DNA of 64,000 nt from Phyllobates terribilis (Eukaryota). The stretch spans positions 581,746,001 to 581,810,000 of the forward strand of contig NW_027362771.1 of assembly GCF_046119375.1 (NCBI RefSeq), given 5' to 3'. Shown one piece after another: positions 61,944-64,000 of this stretch. How positions within the stretch are numbered: the first letter of the stretch is position 1; the number at the start of each line of letters is the position of its first letter. A model generated the notes under the pieces. The model did not search any database. It had not been told where the DNA came from and worked only from the letters and a program-made list of their open reading frames with translations. The position numbers and the translations under genes are program-made.

Positions 61944-63304
61944 GTCAAAAGTTTACATACACTAAGATTACTATGCCTTTAAACAATTCTGGACTGCCCA
62001 TATGATGATGCCATGTGTTTGGAAGCTTCTGATAGGTTTTTTGGCAACATCTGAGTTAATTAGAGACACACCTGTGGATGCATTTTAATGCACACCTGAA
62101 ACGCACTGCTTCTTTGCATAACATCATAGGAAAGTCTAAAGATATCAGGAAGAGAATTCTGGACTTGCACAAGTCTAGTTCATCCTTGGGTACAATTTCA
62201 AGATACCCAAAGGTGCCTCATTCATCTGTACAAACAATTATACGCAAGTACAAACAAGATGGGAATGGCCAGCCATCATACCGCTCAAGAAGGAGACGGG
62301 TTCTGTGTCCCAGAGATGAACGTGCTTTGGTCTGACATGTGCATATCAACCCAAGGACAAAAGCAAAAGACCTTGTGAAGATGATGGCGGAAGCTGGTAA
62401 GATTGTGTCAATATCCACAGTGAAACGAGTACTGTATCAACATGAGCTGAAAGGCCACTCTGCCAGGAAGAAGCAATTACTCCAAAAGAAACATAAAAAA
62501 GCTAGATTAATGTTTGCAAATGCACACAGGAACAAAGACCTTAATTTTTGGAGACATGTCCTGTGGTCTGATGAAACTAAAATTAAACTTTTTGGTCATA
62601 ATGACAATCATTACGTTTGGAGGAAAAAGGGAGAAGATTGGAAGCCTAAAAACACCATCCCAACTATGAAACACGGGGGTGGCAGCATCATCTTATGGGG
62701 TTGTTTTGCTGCAGGAGGGACTGGTGCACTTTACAAAATAGATGGCATCATGAGAAAAGAAGATTATGTGACAATACTGAAGCAACATCTCAAGACATCA
62801 GCCAGAAAGTTAAAACTTGGGCGGAAATGGGTCTTCCAAATGGACAATGACTTGAAGCATACTGCCAAAATGGTAACAAAGTGACTTAAGGATAACAAAC
62901 TCAATGTTTTGGAGTGGCCATCACAAAGCCCTGATCTCAATCCTATTGAAAATGTACAAACCTGGATCAGTTACACCAATTTTGTCAGGAGTAATGGGCC
63001 CAAATTCCGACCAACTATTGTGAGAAGCTTGTGGAAGGATATCCCAAATGTTTGACCCAAGTCATTCAGTTTAAGGGCAATGGTACCAAATACTAATGAA
63101 ATGTATGTAAACTTTTGACTTTGCAGTAAGTAATAAAAATGCCTTAAAACATTCTCTCTCTCATTATTCTTGGCAAATATTAAAAATTATGGTAATCCTA
63201 ATTGACCTAAAACGGGAAAGGTTTATTCTGATTTCATGTCAGATATTGAGAAAAACATACATATGTGTCTTTTTATATAGTGTATGTAAACTTCTGGTTT
63301 GAAC

Positions 63305-63306
<2 letters not shown>
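61944..63306 (+). mobile_element. Sleeping Beauty-like Tc1 element, decayed
   Basis: GTCAAAAGTTTACATACACT and GTATGTAAACTTCTGGTTTGAACTG ends. Transposase (I)GKSKDIRKRILDLHK...[15 protein letters not shown]...WVFQMDND. Start codon reads ATA, with internal stops. Confidence 0.9.
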
Positions 63307-63355
<49 letters not shown>

Positions 63356-63559
63356 TATATAAAACACATGCTCATCTTGCTCCCATTCCTCAGGTGCTCC
63401 AGTCTCTGGTGCTGAATATTAAATGTGCTATTATTTTAGAGGACGGATCCAGGGGGAGGGACAGGCTAGTGTTACTGCAAGGGAACATTATGGGTCAATT
63501 AGTGGAGGATGGTGAAAGGGGGTACAGTATAGCAAGGTGCAGTGAGGTGTGGGTGACAT

Positions 63560-63840
63560 TACGCAAAGCGGCAGTGTGGGGGAAATATATAAAGGAGCAG
63601 TTTGGGAAGATATTTTGTAGAGGGGCAGTGTCGGAAGGAATATTATGGAAAGGAGCAGCTTTTGGTGATATTTGGAAGGGCAGTGTGGGGGGATATTATG
63701 GAGAGGGGCAGTGTAGGAGGATATTATAGAAAGGGACTGTGGGGGACATTATGGAAATGGGCAGTATGGAGGGGATATTACAGAGAGGGGCAGTGTGAAG
63801 AATATTTTGGAGATAGGCATTTTAGAGGGATATTACGGTG
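63560..63840. repeat. Degenerate ~27-bp purine-rich minisatellite
   Basis: Repeated GGGCAGTGTGGGGGGATATTATGGAGA-like units. Confidence 0.65.
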
Positions 63841-64000
63841 AGGGGTGTAACATTCCTGGTGGCGTGCTTGCATGGTGCACCACCTCCCACCATGCAAGAC
63901 CGAAATCTTACCTGTCAGTCCAGGCTGCACATTTTGTTTCAGTATCTGCTGTGTCCATGTCTCTTGTCTGACTGCTTAGGGCGTCGGCACGGCTTCTGCC

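Noticed and set aside
63846-64000. LTR start at TGTAAC (also TGTTATGG near 4334)
   Set aside because: Truncated by the window end or a gap, so no second terminus or TSD can be verified.

Overview
Eukaryotic genomic DNA, most consistent with an anuran amphibian, with assembly gaps at 899-1303 and across most of 4538-9222. There is one host gene: a two-exon dand5 (Coco/Cerl2, DAN-family cystine-knot Nodal/BMP/Wnt antagonist) at 11909-13503 (+), 212 aa. Its proximal 3'UTR is GAC-rich and resembles a Bicc1-response element, and a degenerate hammerhead-ribozyme fold lies in the putative distal 3'UTR. The rest is mostly transposable elements and tandem repeats: a structurally complete but mutated DIRS1-type tyrosine-recombinase retrotransposon (ITRs plus ICR), an L2-type LINE split by an 8.7-kb hAT-type insert, at least six Tc1 copies (Frog Prince-, Passport- and Sleeping Beauty-like among them), two multi-layer nested insertions (one containing a ~2.6-kb foldback palindrome), solo LTRs, MITEs and several minisatellites with higher-order structure. 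A unique stretch at ~30.8-32.8 kb is strongly enriched in NFI half-sites and may be regulatory DNA for nfix, which is the expected neighbour by human synteny but was not found in this window. Family names come from recalled sequence similarity, not database searches. No CRISPR array, rRNA or tRNA was found.
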